A stretch of 64,000 bases of DNA, from the NCBI GenBank assembly GCA_050952385.1, contig JBMNKV010000001.1:1378877-1442876 (forward strand). The letters run 5' to 3'. The notes below the pieces were generated by a model. It did not search any database. It saw only the letters and a list, made by a program, of their open reading frames with translations, and had not been told where the DNA came from. This document shows, in pieces, positions 40,093-50,203 of the stretch. The position numbers were made by a program, and so were the translations under genes. This DNA is from Desulfobulbus sp. GTDB lineage: Bacteria > Desulfobacterota > Desulfobulbia > Desulfobulbales > Desulfobulbaceae. Numbering within the stretch: the first letter of the stretch is position 1; the number at the start of each line of letters is the position of its first letter.

Positions 40093-41310
40093 TTACAGGT
40101 GGCAGGTCAGGCCGAACGTCACCAGGTGGGCGCCGCTATCCGAAAACGAGCCCTCGATTGTTTCATTGGTGACATTGCGGGTCTTCTTGTCATCATAGAG
40201 ATAGGCCAGACCCATCTCCCAGCGCTCGTTCATCCGGTAACGAAACCCCAGCGAATAGATCAGGGCATCGGAGTCCGGCAGCTCAAAGCCCAGACGCTCC
40301 TCGCTCGCCGGGCTCTCGTCCCAGGCGAATCCTGCCATCAGGGTCAGCCGGTCATCCCATCGATACTCCATACTGATGCGCCAGGCATCGGTATCCGTCC
40401 ACTCCCGCAGGATCGGTCGATCGAAAAAATTGTACAGAAAGGGGTTGCGCAGCGGAGCCGGGTAGTTGAAATCCAGGGACTTGTAGTCGGACCAGTAGGT
40501 GCGGTCATAGCTGATCTCCACGGTCAGGGGATCATAAACCGTCCAGGCCGCGCCAACCGACAAAACCGCGGGCAGCGGTATTTCAATATTTGCCGGACCC
40601 GTGTAGGCAGCGCCGCCCGGGCCGGTGAGCCGCGCGTCACCCTCGAGTCCGAGATCGACCCTGGAGCGGTAGGTCACCGAACAGGCCACCGTTTCCAGCG
40701 GCCGTACGGTCAGGGCCAGGTTGTAGCCCATGTCCAGGCTGTCTCCTTCCATGTGCCGGGTCAACACGTTGTTCGCATTGCTGGTGACAAGCCCGTCCGT
40801 ATAGACGAACCGTACTCCCGCGCCGACGGCAATCCGGTCGGAAATCCGGTAGGACAGCACAGGATTGGCCTCAAAAATCTTGAGGGTAAACTCCTCCGCC
40901 GAAGCCCGGCCCAATGGTCCGCGCCAGCGTTTGGACAAACCACCCGGTGCGGTCAGGGAAAAACCGGCCCGCCAACCACTCCATTCCGGCGAAACCAGGA
41001 ACAGGGTCGGCATCAGGAAATGCTCTTCTTTTGAGTCTTCACGGTGGCCCGAACGCCAGTCTTTATGCGTGACGGCGGGAAGATGAATCCAGGTCGCATT
41101 CCCTTCGACATGCCACTGGTCGGACAGCTGGCCCATGTTGGCCGGGTTATACGACGCGCTGTCGACACCGGGCGTATGGGCTACGTAGCCCCCGGCACGA
41201 GCCACAGAATTCACCGACTGCTCGGGGATACGATACCCGGAGGCAAAAGCCGGAACAGTGGACAGCAGCACAACCGTGGCGAGAGCGGCAGGGCGGATGG
41301 CGCAATGCAT
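40093..41310 (-). CDS. Outer-membrane hydrophobic-compound transporter (FadL/TodX/OMPP1 family)
   Basis: Signal peptide, then ASGYRIPEQSVNSVARAGG. Beta-strand-rich, with a terminal aromatic residue ...FGLTCHL. Confidence 0.8.
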   Translation of the reverse strand: MHCAIRPAALATVVLLSTVPAFASGYRIPEQSVNSVARAGGYVAHTPGVDSASYNPANMGQLSDQWHVEGNATWIHLPAVTHKDWRSGHREDSKEEHFLMPTLFLVSPEWSGWRAGFSLTAPGGLSKRWRGPLGRASAEEFTLKIFEANPVLSYRISDRIAVGAGVRFVYTDGLVTSNANNVLTRHMEGDSLDMGYNLALTVRPLETVACSVTYRSRVDLGLEGDARLTGPGGAAYTGPANIEIPLPAVLSVGAAWTVYDPLTVEISYDRTYWSDYKSLDFNYPAPLRNPFLYNFFDRPILREWTDTDAWRISMEYRWDDRLTLMAGFAWDESPASEERLGFELPDSDALIYSLGFRYRMNERWEMGLAYLYDDKKTRNVTNETIEGSFSDSGAHLVTFGLTCHL

Positions 41311-41342
41311 ACAAACTCCTTTCCGACAAAAAACACGGCGTA

Positions 41343-43118
41343 CTACCCGGTGATTGTGTCGGCGGAATACAGATAGCGTTTGATTTTATGGGTCGCGGTT
41401 TTCACAAAAGGTTCGCGGCGTTCGAGAATCCGCGTCAGCCGGGACGTCACCGGCAACTGGGAGTTGACCGTCGTGCGCATCTCTTCCAGCAAGTCCGCGA
41501 GATAGCGGTAGCGCTGCACCCGGCTTTGCCCCACGGTCTGGCTGTCGATGAACTCGTAGTCCGGATAGACCCAGACCACAAGTTGCCCCTGATGCTCCAC
41601 GACCAGTGATTCCACAATGAAAGGATAGGCGTTGATCTTGTGCTCGATGGCTTCCGGATAGACATTTTCACCGTGCGACAAGACGATGACCGATTTGGAA
41701 CGTCCCCGGATATGCAGGTTCCCCTGGTCGTCGAAACAGCCGAGGTCGCCTGTTTTCAGCCAACCATCCTCGCTGAACACCTCGCGGGTGCCTTCGGGGT
41801 CGTTGAGGTAGCCCTCCATAATGTTCGGCCCATCGGCCTCGATCTCGCCGATACCGGTTTCCGGGTCCGGGTCTGCAATCCTGATCCGGACATTGGGCAC
41901 GGGCTTGCCCGTGGAGCCCTGACTGATCGTGGTGTCTCCATAGGGGCCGCCGGTCAGAAGCGGCGCGGCCTCAGTCAGGCCGTAGCCCACGATAAAGGGG
42001 AACTCGGCATCGCGCAGGAACAGCTCCACTTCGGGGTTCAGGGCAGCACCGCCGATCCCCACCACCACCAACCGGTTCCCGAAAAAATCCAGAAGCCGCG
42101 CCCCGATCTTGCGGTGAATCAGCTTGCGCCCCAGACCGAACTTGCAGAAAAAATGCAGAACACGACTTTTCTCGATCGCGGGCACAATCCGCTTCTTGTA
42201 GATCTTCTCCATCACCAGCGGCACGATCAGCATGGCATGCGGCTGCTCTTTCGCGCAGATCCGCTGCAACACGGCCGGCGTGGGCGCTTTGCCCGCATAG
42301 ACAACCCGGCTGCCGCTGACCATGGGCAAAAGAAAGCCCACCGTAAATTCGTAGGTATGGGCAAGCGGCAAAACCGACAGGAACACCCAGCCCGGTTGGA
42401 TATCAATCAGGCTGTTGGCGGAATAGGCATTGGCGCAGAGATTGCTGTGGCACAGCAAAACGGCCTTGGAAAATCCCGAGGTTCCGGAGGTATACAGGAT
42501 GGCCGCCAGGTCGGTTCGCTCCACCCTGGGGAAGGACAGTGTCTCGTTCCCGGCCTTTTCGCCAAACTGCTCCATGGCCCGGTCCAGCAGGGAGGAAAAC
42601 GTGTGCGACTGGACCAGACCGGTTTGGTCTTCGTAGTCATCCAGCGTGATCACCTGGCGGAGTTGCTGCTTCAGCTCATAGACCTTCTCGATCTGCCGCT
42701 GCGTTGAAAAGAGAAAATCACAGTCCATTTCCCGGAGGATATGCTGCACATCGGCATCGGGTGAATCAGGAAAAATAGGGACGGTCACCGCGCCCAGGCG
42801 CAACACCGCCAGATAGGCGATGACCCAGTTCGGCGAATTCTCACCGAGAATCGCAACCCGATCATGCTGCTTGACCCCGGATTCCCGCAGCAGGGCGGCC
42901 AGGGCAAGGATGCGTTCGTGCAGGGCCTTGTAGGAGAGCGGCTCTTGCAGAGCCATGCCCACGGCAGGAAGGTCCCTGTACTTACGGCAACTGATATCGA
43001 TCAGATCGTTCAGGGTTGCCGCGTTTTCCTGGATGACCGGCAAATGATCATTGGCGGCCCGGGCCTCACCCGGCGAGTCCTGCCTGGCGGGAAGGTTTTG
43101 GTCTGGTGCTGTCTGCAT
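41343..43118 (-). CDS. Long-chain-fatty-acid--CoA ligase (AMP-binding enzyme family)
   Basis: AMP-binding motif ILYTSGTSGFSKAV, then GYGLTE and TGDLG motifs. Adjacent to the FadL-like gene. Confidence 0.85.
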   Translation of the reverse strand: MQTAPDQNLPARQDSPGEARAANDHLPVIQENAATLNDLIDISCRKYRDLPAVGMALQEPLSYKALHERILALAALLRESGVKQHDRVAILGENSPNWVIAYLAVLRLGAVTVPIFPDSPDADVQHILREMDCDFLFSTQRQIEKVYELKQQLRQVITLDDYEDQTGLVQSHTFSSLLDRAMEQFGEKAGNETLSFPRVERTDLAAILYTSGTSGFSKAVLLCHSNLCANAYSANSLIDIQPGWVFLSVLPLAHTYEFTVGFLLPMVSGSRVVYAGKAPTPAVLQRICAKEQPHAMLIVPLVMEKIYKKRIVPAIEKSRVLHFFCKFGLGRKLIHRKIGARLLDFFGNRLVVVGIGGAALNPEVELFLRDAEFPFIVGYGLTEAAPLLTGGPYGDTTISQGSTGKPVPNVRIRIADPDPETGIGEIEADGPNIMEGYLNDPEGTREVFSEDGWLKTGDLGCFDDQGNLHIRGRSKSVIVLSHGENVYPEAIEHKINAYPFIVESLVVEHQGQLVVWVYPDYEFIDSQTVGQSRVQRYRYLADLLEEMRTTVNSQLPVTSRLTRILERREPFVKTATHKIKRYLYSADTITG

Positions 43119-43210
43119 AGTCTCTCTCGTCCGATACGAATACCTGCATGGGGTTGAAAAAGTTGCTTACCATAACAGCAGGTGCGCTTCAACGAAAAGG
43201 GTCAATTCGC

Positions 43211-43240
43211 TTGACACAGCCAAAAAATCAATATTAAAGT
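43211..43240 (+). promoter_or_regulatory. Candidate sigma70 promoter for the DD-carboxypeptidase gene
   Basis: TTGACA - 18 nt - TAAAGT. Confidence 0.35.
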
Positions 43241-43284
43241 ATTGGTGATCCGGTAACTTGCCGTCATCTCACCAAGTTAAAGCC

Positions 43285-44427
43285 ATGCAACGATATTTTT
43301 CGCTTCTTTTCCCGTTTGTCTTGAGCATCCTTCTCATTGCACCTTTCGCCGCTCCGGCGCTGGGCGCGCCTCCTGTTCCCGCTATCGCTTCCAAAAAAAA
43401 CGTCCAGAGCGTCAAGAAAAAAAGCGCTCCCGAAGCGCGGGTCGTGACCCGGAGCAAACCGGCCGTGCAAGGCAAGACGGCCAAGCAGGCGAACAAACAG
43501 ACCAAACGCATCACGAGCAGAAAAAAAACAACCCAGCCCAAACAGACGGCGCGTTCCAAAACCTCCCGACCCCGCAACCAGGCTGTGGCCGCCAAGAGCG
43601 CGTCTCCGGCACAAAAAAGTAAAAGCACCCGCACTGCGGCGACTTCAGCTCAACTCAACAAGCAGATCAGCGCGCGCAGCGCCATGATCATGGATGCGAA
43701 GACCGGTACACCTCTTTTTGAAAAGATGCCGGACACGCCCCGTCAGCCCGCCTCGACCATCAAGATCGTGACCGCGATGATCGCCTTCAAATCTCTGGGC
43801 CACAACGACAAGGTGCAGGTCAGTCAACATGCCGCCAACATGCCCCGGTCCAAGATTTATCTCAAACCGACAAAAACCTACCGGGCCAACGACCTGGTCA
43901 ACGCGGTGCTGCTCGAGTCGGCCAATGACGCCAGTGTCGCGCTCGCCGAAAAGATCGCCGGTTCCGAAAAACGCTTCGCCAACCTGATGACCCTCAGCGC
44001 CAAGATGTGGGGGGCCCAAAACACCGTCTGCCGGACCGCTTCGGGCCTGACCGCCGCAGGCCAGCACTCCACCGCCCGCGACCTGGCCACCCTGTTTCGC
44101 TTTGCCATGCGCCATGACGAGTTCGCCAAAAGAATGGGCAAGCGCACCATCCAGACATCGTACGGCACGACCCTGCGCAACCACAACAAGGCGCTCTGGC
44201 GGCTGGATGGAGCGGACGGCGGCAAGACCGGATACACCCAGGCTGCCCGGCAGACCTATGTCGGCCAGTTCACCCGTAACGGGCAAACCATCGTGGTGGC
44301 GATCATGGGCAGCGAATCGATGTGGGCCGACCTGGAAAAACTGGTGAACTACGGGTTCCAGAAGAAAAAGCGGGAACAGGTTGCCCGTACCTCTTCCCGT
44401 TCCGCGCAAACGGTGTCGGTGAACTGA
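43285..44427 (+). CDS. D-alanyl-D-alanine carboxypeptidase (peptidase S11, PBP5/6-like) with Lys/Thr/Gln-rich N-terminal spacer
   Basis: Signal peptide MQRYFSLLFPFVLSILLIAPFAAPALG. SxxK motif (ASTIK), SxN motif (SAND) and KTG motif (GKTGYT). Confidence 0.85.
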   Translation: MQRYFSLLFPFVLSILLIAPFAAPALGAPPVPAIASKKNVQSVKKKSAPEARVVTRSKPAVQGKTAKQANKQTKRITSRKKTTQPKQTARSKTSRPRNQAVAAKSASPAQKSKSTRTAATSAQLNKQISARSAMIMDAKTGTPLFEKMPDTPRQPASTIKIVTAMIAFKSLGHNDKVQVSQHAANMPRSKIYLKPTKTYRANDLVNAVLLESANDASVALAEKIAGSEKRFANLMTLSAKMWGAQNTVCRTASGLTAAGQHSTARDLATLFRFAMRHDEFAKRMGKRTIQTSYGTTLRNHNKALWRLDGADGGKTGYTQAARQTYVGQFTRNGQTIVVAIMGSESMWADLEKLVNYGFQKKKREQVARTSSRSAQTVSVN

Positions 44428-44454
44428 CCGCATCCGTCTTTCCCGTAAAAAACA

Positions 44455-44486
44455 CAAAAAAAGCCTGCCGAATGGCAGGCTTTTTT
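44455..44486. terminator. Bidirectional rho-independent terminator
   Basis: A-run, then gcctgcc-gaat-ggcaggc, then T6, between convergent genes. Confidence 0.8.
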
Positions 44487-44510
44487 ATGGGAAAAACAAA
44501 ACAGGGTTCG

Positions 44511-44879
44511 CTAAGCGCCTATCTGCTGACGCACAATGGCAAGCAGGGCTTCCCGTTTGAAAGGCTTCTCCAGAGTCGCGATGTCGCCAAGATAGCCAGC
44601 CATGGTCAGATACCGTTCGGCCTTGATCGCCCCGCCTCCGGAGATTGCCAAAATTTTCAGCTCCGGGTAGTCACGTACCAGCTCCATGATGAACTTCAGC
44701 CCATCTTTCACCGGCATGATCATATCGGTGATCACCAGATCAAAGGCGAACCGCCCGACCTGAACAAGCCCCTCCTCGCCATTTTCCGCAGTATGAACCG
44801 TATACCCCTCATGCTCGAGCATCTGGGTGAGCATGGTGCGAATCTGCGCCTCGTCGTCAACCACCAGAATCCGTTTCAC
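44511..44879 (-). CDS. Stand-alone CheY-like response regulator (receiver domain only)
   Basis: MKRILVVDDE...DLVITDMIMPVKDG...KILAISGG...KPF. Confidence 0.85.
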   Translation of the reverse strand: MKRILVVDDEAQIRTMLTQMLEHEGYTVHTAENGEEGLVQVGRFAFDLVITDMIMPVKDGLKFIMELVRDYPELKILAISGGGAIKAERYLTMAGYLGDIATLEKPFKREALLAIVRQQIGA

Positions 44880-44963
44880 GGAACATCAGCCCCCTTCTTC
44901 TACGATTCTATTTGACCAATGTTTTATACTACCGGCTCCCTCCGGGGCATTCAACAGATTTTT

Positions 44964-45905
44964 TCACGAACTCACGTTCCGGCACAGACGACCAAAACCG
45001 CCCGGAATGGTTGCCGAGGCCCAGTATGCCCGGCCCTGTTTGAAATCAACGAACCATTGGCCGCCCGGCCTGCGGACCGCATCGACGAACACAAAGGCAT
45101 ACTCCCCGGAAAAACACTGCGGTAAAAACTGGTCATGCGCCATTTTTTCCGGTGTAAGCAGGGAAAGCGCCTCGGCCATGGATGGCAGGCGCCAATCGCT
45201 GTATCCGGCAAATCCCGAACCGTTCAACTGCTCGATCTCGCGCAGCAGCAAACGCCTACTCATGATATCCAGACCGCCCCGTTGCCACATCAGCCCGGTT
45301 ACCCGGTCGGTCACCGTAAGCTCATCGCCGTTGTCCACCAGACTGCCGGCAAAGTTGCCGCCGGGGTTGCGATCCTGGTCAATAAAATTATACTTCTGCA
45401 CCAGGGCGACCACATCCTCCTCGGAGAGTTCGGCCGGGCCGCCGGGCAAAACGATTCTGTCCACCGGAGCGATCGCCTCGTGCAGCGACGGCAGCCCGGA
45501 GGGCCCCAGCCCTCTCTTGCCCTTCGGCTCGTTGAGCGCAATGACCTTGCTGTCATCTTCCGACTCCATCACATTGACCAACAGCCACTGTTTAATCTCG
45601 TCATTGATCGGATACGTCCGCTCGAACAGGGCCACCTTGCCCTGGCTGTCGACGCAGCGTTGCACCATCTCGACCGGCGCGTCGATCTCCGCCACCACCC
45701 GGGCGTACTTGATGCCCCGCTCCATCAGACAGAGCCGGGGCTCTTCATCCCAACCGTCGATGAAGAAATAGTAGATGCGCTCCGTCTTGCTGCGTACCCG
45801 TTCCTTGCCGCCCCAACTCTCGAAGGTGCCGAAGGTATACTCCGGGGTCATTTCCCAGTCCACCACGGGCCTACCCGTCACATCCAATTTGTCGAACAGT
45901 GCCAT
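44964..45905 (-). CDS. Hypothetical protein with C-terminal DUF1566 (Lcl C-terminal-like) domain and unassigned roughly 170-aa N-terminal domain; no signal peptide
   Basis: C-terminal pattern VTDRVTGLMWQRG...GYSDWRLPSMAEALSL...FVDFKQG. Start chosen at MALFDKL. Confidence 0.6.
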   Translation of the reverse strand: MALFDKLDVTGRPVVDWEMTPEYTFGTFESWGGKERVRSKTERIYYFFIDGWDEEPRLCLMERGIKYARVVAEIDAPVEMVQRCVDSQGKVALFERTYPINDEIKQWLLVNVMESEDDSKVIALNEPKGKRGLGPSGLPSLHEAIAPVDRIVLPGGPAELSEEDVVALVQKYNFIDQDRNPGGNFAGSLVDNGDELTVTDRVTGLMWQRGGLDIMSRRLLLREIEQLNGSGFAGYSDWRLPSMAEALSLLTPEKMAHDQFLPQCFSGEYAFVFVDAVRRPGGQWFVDFKQGRAYWASATIPGGFGRLCRNVSS

Positions 45906-45948
45906 AAACGCCTCCACAATGGTTTTCAAAATACAACCGACCAAGTAT

Positions 45949-45990
45949 GGTGTATGGTGCCGTTATCCTGAATTTTATGCACCATATACC
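45949..45990. promoter_or_regulatory. 12-bp inverted repeat (11/12 match) in the divergent DUF1566-gene/glgX intergenic region
   Basis: ggtgtatggtgc - 18 nt - gcaccatatacc, ending 19 nt before the glgX ATG. Confidence 0.35.
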
Positions 45991-46008
45991 GTGTGTCCAG
46001 TTTGCGAT

Positions 46009-48102
46009 ATGAAAAAAAAGACGTCTTCCCCCCTGCGTATTCTCCCCGGCTCACCCATGCCGCGCGGCAGTACACTGACCCCGACAGGGGTCAACTTTGC
46101 CCTGTTCTCCCGTCATGCGGAAACCGTGACCCTGACCATTGCGCCCCGGGACAAGCCCCACTCCTGGATCAACATTCCCCTGGATCCAACGATACACCGG
46201 ACCGGCGACGTCTGGCACGCGCTTGTGGCCGACGCTCCGGTCGACCTGGTGTACGGGTACCGCATCACCGGCCCTTCGGACCCGCACGGTGAGGGCCATG
46301 CCTTTGATGCAAGCCGCATCCTGCTGGACCCCTATGCCCGGATCATCCGTGACTCCGCCTGGGGTGTGCCGCGCCCCGGCATCGGCGAGCACCCCTGCTG
46401 CCTGCTCGACCACGAACCCTATGACTGGGAAGGCGACCGGCCGCTCAACATCCCGCTCAAAGACACCATCATCTACGAGCTGCACGTCCGGGGCTTCACC
46501 CGGCACCCGTCCTCCGGGGTCCGGCATCCGGGCACCTATCGGGGGGTCATCGAACAGATTCCCTACCTCAAAGAGCTGGGCATCACGGCTGTTGAACTGC
46601 TTCCGGTGACCGACTTCGACGAAAACGACGGACTGTTCAACAATCCGCACACCGGCGAGCCGCTCAAGAATTTCTGGGGCTACAGCCCCCTCTCCTTCTT
46701 CGCGCCCAAAGGCGCCTACAGCAGCAATCCCGCCGCGCCGCTCACCGAGTTCCGGGACATGGTCAAGGCCCTGCACCGTGCCGGTATCGAGGTCATCCTC
46801 GATATCGTCTACAACCATACCGGCGAAGGCGGGCTGGATGGCCCCACCACCAGCTTCCGCGGGATCGACAACAGCATCTACTATCTGCTCGACAGCCAGA
46901 CCAAAGCCTATCTCAACTTCTCCGGCTGCGGCAACACCTGCAACTGCAACCACCCCATCGTCCGTCAGCTGATCATGGACGCCCTGCGCTGGTGGGTGGT
47001 GGAAATGCATGTCGATGGTTTCCGCTTCGATCTCGCCTCGATTTTGGGGCGCGACTCCACAGGCCAGGTACTGGCCAACCCGCCGGTGGTGGAGAGCATT
47101 GCCGAAGATCCCATCCTGGCCAGCACCAAAATCATTGCCGAGGCCTGGGACGCGGCAGGCCTGTACCAGGTGGGCAACTTCTCGTCCAACAGCCGCTGGG
47201 CGGAGTGGAACGGCCGCTTCCGCGACGATGTCCGGGATTTTCTCCGCGGCGAACCCGGCATGGTCCCCGTTCTGGCCACCCGGATGGCGGGCAGCTCGGA
47301 CCTGTACCACTCCCATGACCGGGGGCCCTGCAACTCGATCAACTTCATCACCAGCCACGACGGTTTCACCCTGACCGATCTTGTCAGCTACAACCACAAA
47401 CACAACCTGGAAAACGGGGAGGATAACCGGGACGGCGACAACGCCAACCGCAGCTGGAACAGCGGCGAAGAAGGCCCCAGCGAAAAACGGGAGGTGCAGA
47501 TCCTCCGGGCCCGACGCATCCGGACCATGGCCTGTGTCCTCTTCCTCTCGCAGGGCGTGCCCATGCTGGTCGCGGGCGATGAATTCGGCCGCACTCAGCG
47601 GGGCAACAACAACGCCTGGTGCCAGGACAACGAGATCAGCTGGCTCGACTGGTCGCTGACCACGGAAAACCGCTACCAGCTCCGCTTTTTCCGCAAGCTG
47701 ATCCAGTTGAGGAGCGCCCACCCGGTGTTCCGCCGGGAAACCTTTTTCCCCTCCGCGGAATCGGGTCGTGCCAGCATCACCTGGCAGTCGCTGAAGCCCG
47801 GTGTTCAGGACTGGTCGGATCAATGCCATACACTGGCCATGCTCATTGACGGCGACAGCGCCGAAGAGCCGGATGACGATTTCTTCATCATGCTCAACGG
47901 CCATGCCCAGAGGCCGGCCCGCTTTACCGTGCCCCCACCCCCGAAAAAGCGGACCTGGTTTCGGATTATCGACACCGGCCGCGCCGCGCCCAACGACGTG
48001 GTTGACCTCAAACAGGCCCCTTCCGTGAGCGGAGGGCAGAGCCTGAACGTGGCCCCCATGGGTTGCGTTGTCCTGCAATCACAAGGAGGAGGAAAAAAAT
48101 GA
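46009..48102 (+). CDS. glgX: Glycogen debranching enzyme GlgX (GH13)
   Basis: Start at the internal MKKKTSSPLRI. GVNFALFS, ELLPV, GYSPLSFFAP, VILDIVYNHT, GFRFDLAS, AEAWD and NFITSHDGFTL blocks. Confidence 0.9.
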   Translation: MKKKTSSPLRILPGSPMPRGSTLTPTGVNFALFSRHAETVTLTIAPRDKPHSWINIPLDPTIHRTGDVWHALVADAPVDLVYGYRITGPSDPHGEGHAFDASRILLDPYARIIRDSAWGVPRPGIGEHPCCLLDHEPYDWEGDRPLNIPLKDTIIYELHVRGFTRHPSSGVRHPGTYRGVIEQIPYLKELGITAVELLPVTDFDENDGLFNNPHTGEPLKNFWGYSPLSFFAPKGAYSSNPAAPLTEFRDMVKALHRAGIEVILDIVYNHTGEGGLDGPTTSFRGIDNSIYYLLDSQTKAYLNFSGCGNTCNCNHPIVRQLIMDALRWWVVEMHVDGFRFDLASILGRDSTGQVLANPPVVESIAEDPILASTKIIAEAWDAAGLYQVGNFSSNSRWAEWNGRFRDDVRDFLRGEPGMVPVLATRMAGSSDLYHSHDRGPCNSINFITSHDGFTLTDLVSYNHKHNLENGEDNRDGDNANRSWNSGEEGPSEKREVQILRARRIRTMACVLFLSQGVPMLVAGDEFGRTQRGNNNAWCQDNEISWLDWSLTTENRYQLRFFRKLIQLRSAHPVFRRETFFPSAESGRASITWQSLKPGVQDWSDQCHTLAMLIDGDSAEEPDDDFFIMLNGHAQRPARFTVPPPPKKRTWFRIIDTGRAAPNDVVDLKQAPSVSGGQSLNVAPMGCVVLQSQGGGKK

Positions 48103-48638
48103 CACACCTGCTGATGCTGGGAGATTCCCTGGTGGAATGGGGCCACTGGGAGCGGTTGCTACCCGAAATACGGGTCACCAACCGTGGACGGGCCGGAGAA
48201 ATGACCGAAGAGCTTGCCGCCCGGCTCCACGACGAGCTGGACGACTGCCCGGACCCGGATGCCGTGCTGGTTCAATCCGGCACCAACAACCTGCTCATGG
48301 GCTACGTGTTTTTCCCCGCCATCATGGCCACCATGCTGGAACGGATCCGCTTCACCCTGCCCGCACCGCCGATCATCGTCTGTTCCCTGCTGCCCATGTC
48401 CATCGTCAACGCGACGAAGATCGCCGAGGTCAATCAGGAGCTGGCCCAGGCAACGGCGGCCATCGAGCGCTGCACCTTCCTCGATCTGGCTCTGCCCTTT
48501 TCCCAAAAATGTCTGCCGCCCAATCCCTCGGGCTTTCTTGCCGACCAGGTCCACCTCAGTCTCTGGGGCTACCAGGTCTGGGCCGACGAGATCCGCCGCT
48601 GTCTTCAGGAGCAATCCATCACCGGCAATCCCGGTTGA
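48099..48638 (+). CDS. SGNH/GDSL-family hydrolase
   Basis: MTHLLMLGDSLV (GDS block), GTNN block, and a C-terminal DQVHLS (DxxH). Its ATG overlaps the glgX TGA (ATGA). Confidence 0.8.
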   Translation: MTHLLMLGDSLVEWGHWERLLPEIRVTNRGRAGEMTEELAARLHDELDDCPDPDAVLVQSGTNNLLMGYVFFPAIMATMLERIRFTLPAPPIIVCSLLPMSIVNATKIAEVNQELAQATAAIERCTFLDLALPFSQKCLPPNPSGFLADQVHLSLWGYQVWADEIRRCLQEQSITGNPG

Positions 48639-48747
48639 CAGCCACCGAATCCCTTCTTATGTACAGGTACGTATCCGATCCTCCGGGTTGCCGCAGCGTC
48701 TGGATTGTTTCGGCAACCCTTTCCTCTTTTTTGCAGGAGACCCCATC

Positions 48748-49596
48748 ATGGCTTCACTGCGCACTTTTCTGACCCATACCACGCTGTCCCTCGCCCTGCT
48801 CGCCCCGATAACGGCCCTGGCCGCCGAGCAGCCCACCGCCTCGCCCCTGACCCCGGCGGCAACCTCTTTGCAAGTGCCGATCCTGCAAGGCAAGATCGCC
48901 GAAACCATGAACAGCGCCGGCTACACCTACTTGCTGCTGGACACCGCGCAGGGACAAACCTGGGCGGCTATTCCCGAAACCCGGGTTGAGCTCGGCCAGA
49001 CGGTTGCGCTCCAGCCCGGCATCACCATGACCGACTTTTCCTCCAAAACCCTGGAGCGCACCTTCCCGTCGATCATCTTCTCCCCGGGCCTGGAGGGCAC
49101 AAAGCCGGGCGACGGCGATACGACCGCCGTGCCGCCGACAGCGGAGCCCGCGACCCCCACCAGCTTCGACGCCGCCCTGAGCGCCGAAAGGCACGGCCAT
49201 GGCATAGCCGATATCCTGCCCGGTGACGGTCGCTCTCCCGGCAGCAGCGGCGCCGTCGTCCCGGCAGCGGCCATCAGCATCGACAAGGCCGAAGGCCCGA
49301 ACGGATATGCAGTGGAAGAGTGCTTTGCCAAGGCCAAGGAGCTGAACGGCAAAACCGTGCTGGTTCGGGGCAAGGTCATGAAAATTTCCCGGATGATCAT
49401 GGGTAAGAACTGGGTCCACATCCAGGACGGCACGGGCGATGCCAAGGCAAACCAGCACGATCTGGTGGTCACCACCCTGGCTGAACCCAAAGAGGGCAGC
49501 GTGGTCACCGTGGAAGGCGTTCTCGCCGCCGACCGCGACTTCGGCGCCGGCTACACCTATGCGGTGCTGATCGAGGACGCCACAATCAAAGAGTGA
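48748..49596 (+). CDS. Secreted protein with OB-fold-like C-terminal domain (hypothetical)
   Basis: Internal ATG with GGAGA upstream. Signal peptide MASLRTFLTHTTLSLALLAPITALAA. The C-terminus GKTVLVRGKVMKISRMIMGKNWVHIQDGTG...VTVEGVL resembles OB-fold (tRNA_anti-like) periplasmic proteins. Confidence 0.55.
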   Translation: MASLRTFLTHTTLSLALLAPITALAAEQPTASPLTPAATSLQVPILQGKIAETMNSAGYTYLLLDTAQGQTWAAIPETRVELGQTVALQPGITMTDFSSKTLERTFPSIIFSPGLEGTKPGDGDTTAVPPTAEPATPTSFDAALSAERHGHGIADILPGDGRSPGSSGAVVPAAAISIDKAEGPNGYAVEECFAKAKELNGKTVLVRGKVMKISRMIMGKNWVHIQDGTGDAKANQHDLVVTTLAEPKEGSVVTVEGVLAADRDFGAGYTYAVLIEDATIKE

Positions 49597-50183
49597 TGCC
49601 GATCCATCAACCCGCAATTGATCCGGCGGAGATCGGCTTTGACTTCGACGGCGTCGTCGCCGACACCGTCGAGGCGTTCCTGCGCATCGCCTGCGTCCAG
49701 CACGCCATCTGCGACCTGCGGCCGGAGGACATCACCAGCTTTTCCGTCGAAGAGTCGGTGGACATGAACGCGGCCCTGATCGAATCGATCTTTAACCGGA
49801 TCCTGCACGATTCGGTGGGCACCGGTCTGTTGCCCATGCCCGGCGCGGTCGAGGTCATCAGCGCCCTGAGCAAACGCGCCCGGATCACCATCGTCACGGC
49901 CCGTCCGGAACCCCTGCCGGTCCGGGAATGGCTGCGCGCCTTCTTTCCCGAGCCGGTTTGGCGACGTGTGCACCTGGTGGCCATGGGCGATCATGACGAC
50001 AAGGTCCGCCATGTCCGGGAGCTGGGCCTGACCACCTTTGTCGATGACCGGGCTGAAACCTGTCGACAGATGGATCAGGCCGGGATCCGGGCCATTGTTT
50101 TCGACCAGCCCTGGAATCGCGGTCGCCACAACCTGCCGGCGGTGCGCAGCTGGCAGGATATCCACGCCCTCTGCTTCCCCTGA
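49596..50183 (+). CDS. HAD-superfamily hydrolase (5'(3')-deoxyribonucleotidase-like)
   Basis: DxDG motif in [12 protein letters not shown], and a later TTFVDDR. The ATG shares one nt with the upstream stop (TGATG). Confidence 0.7.
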   Translation: MPIHQPAIDPAEIGFDFDGVVADTVEAFLRIACVQHAICDLRPEDITSFSVEESVDMNAALIESIFNRILHDSVGTGLLPMPGAVEVISALSKRARITIVTARPEPLPVREWLRAFFPEPVWRRVHLVAMGDHDDKVRHVRELGLTTFVDDRAETCRQMDQAGIRAIVFDQPWNRGRHNLPAVRSWQDIHALCFP

Positions 50184-50203
50184 CCCCCTCCACGAGGCCG
50201 CCC

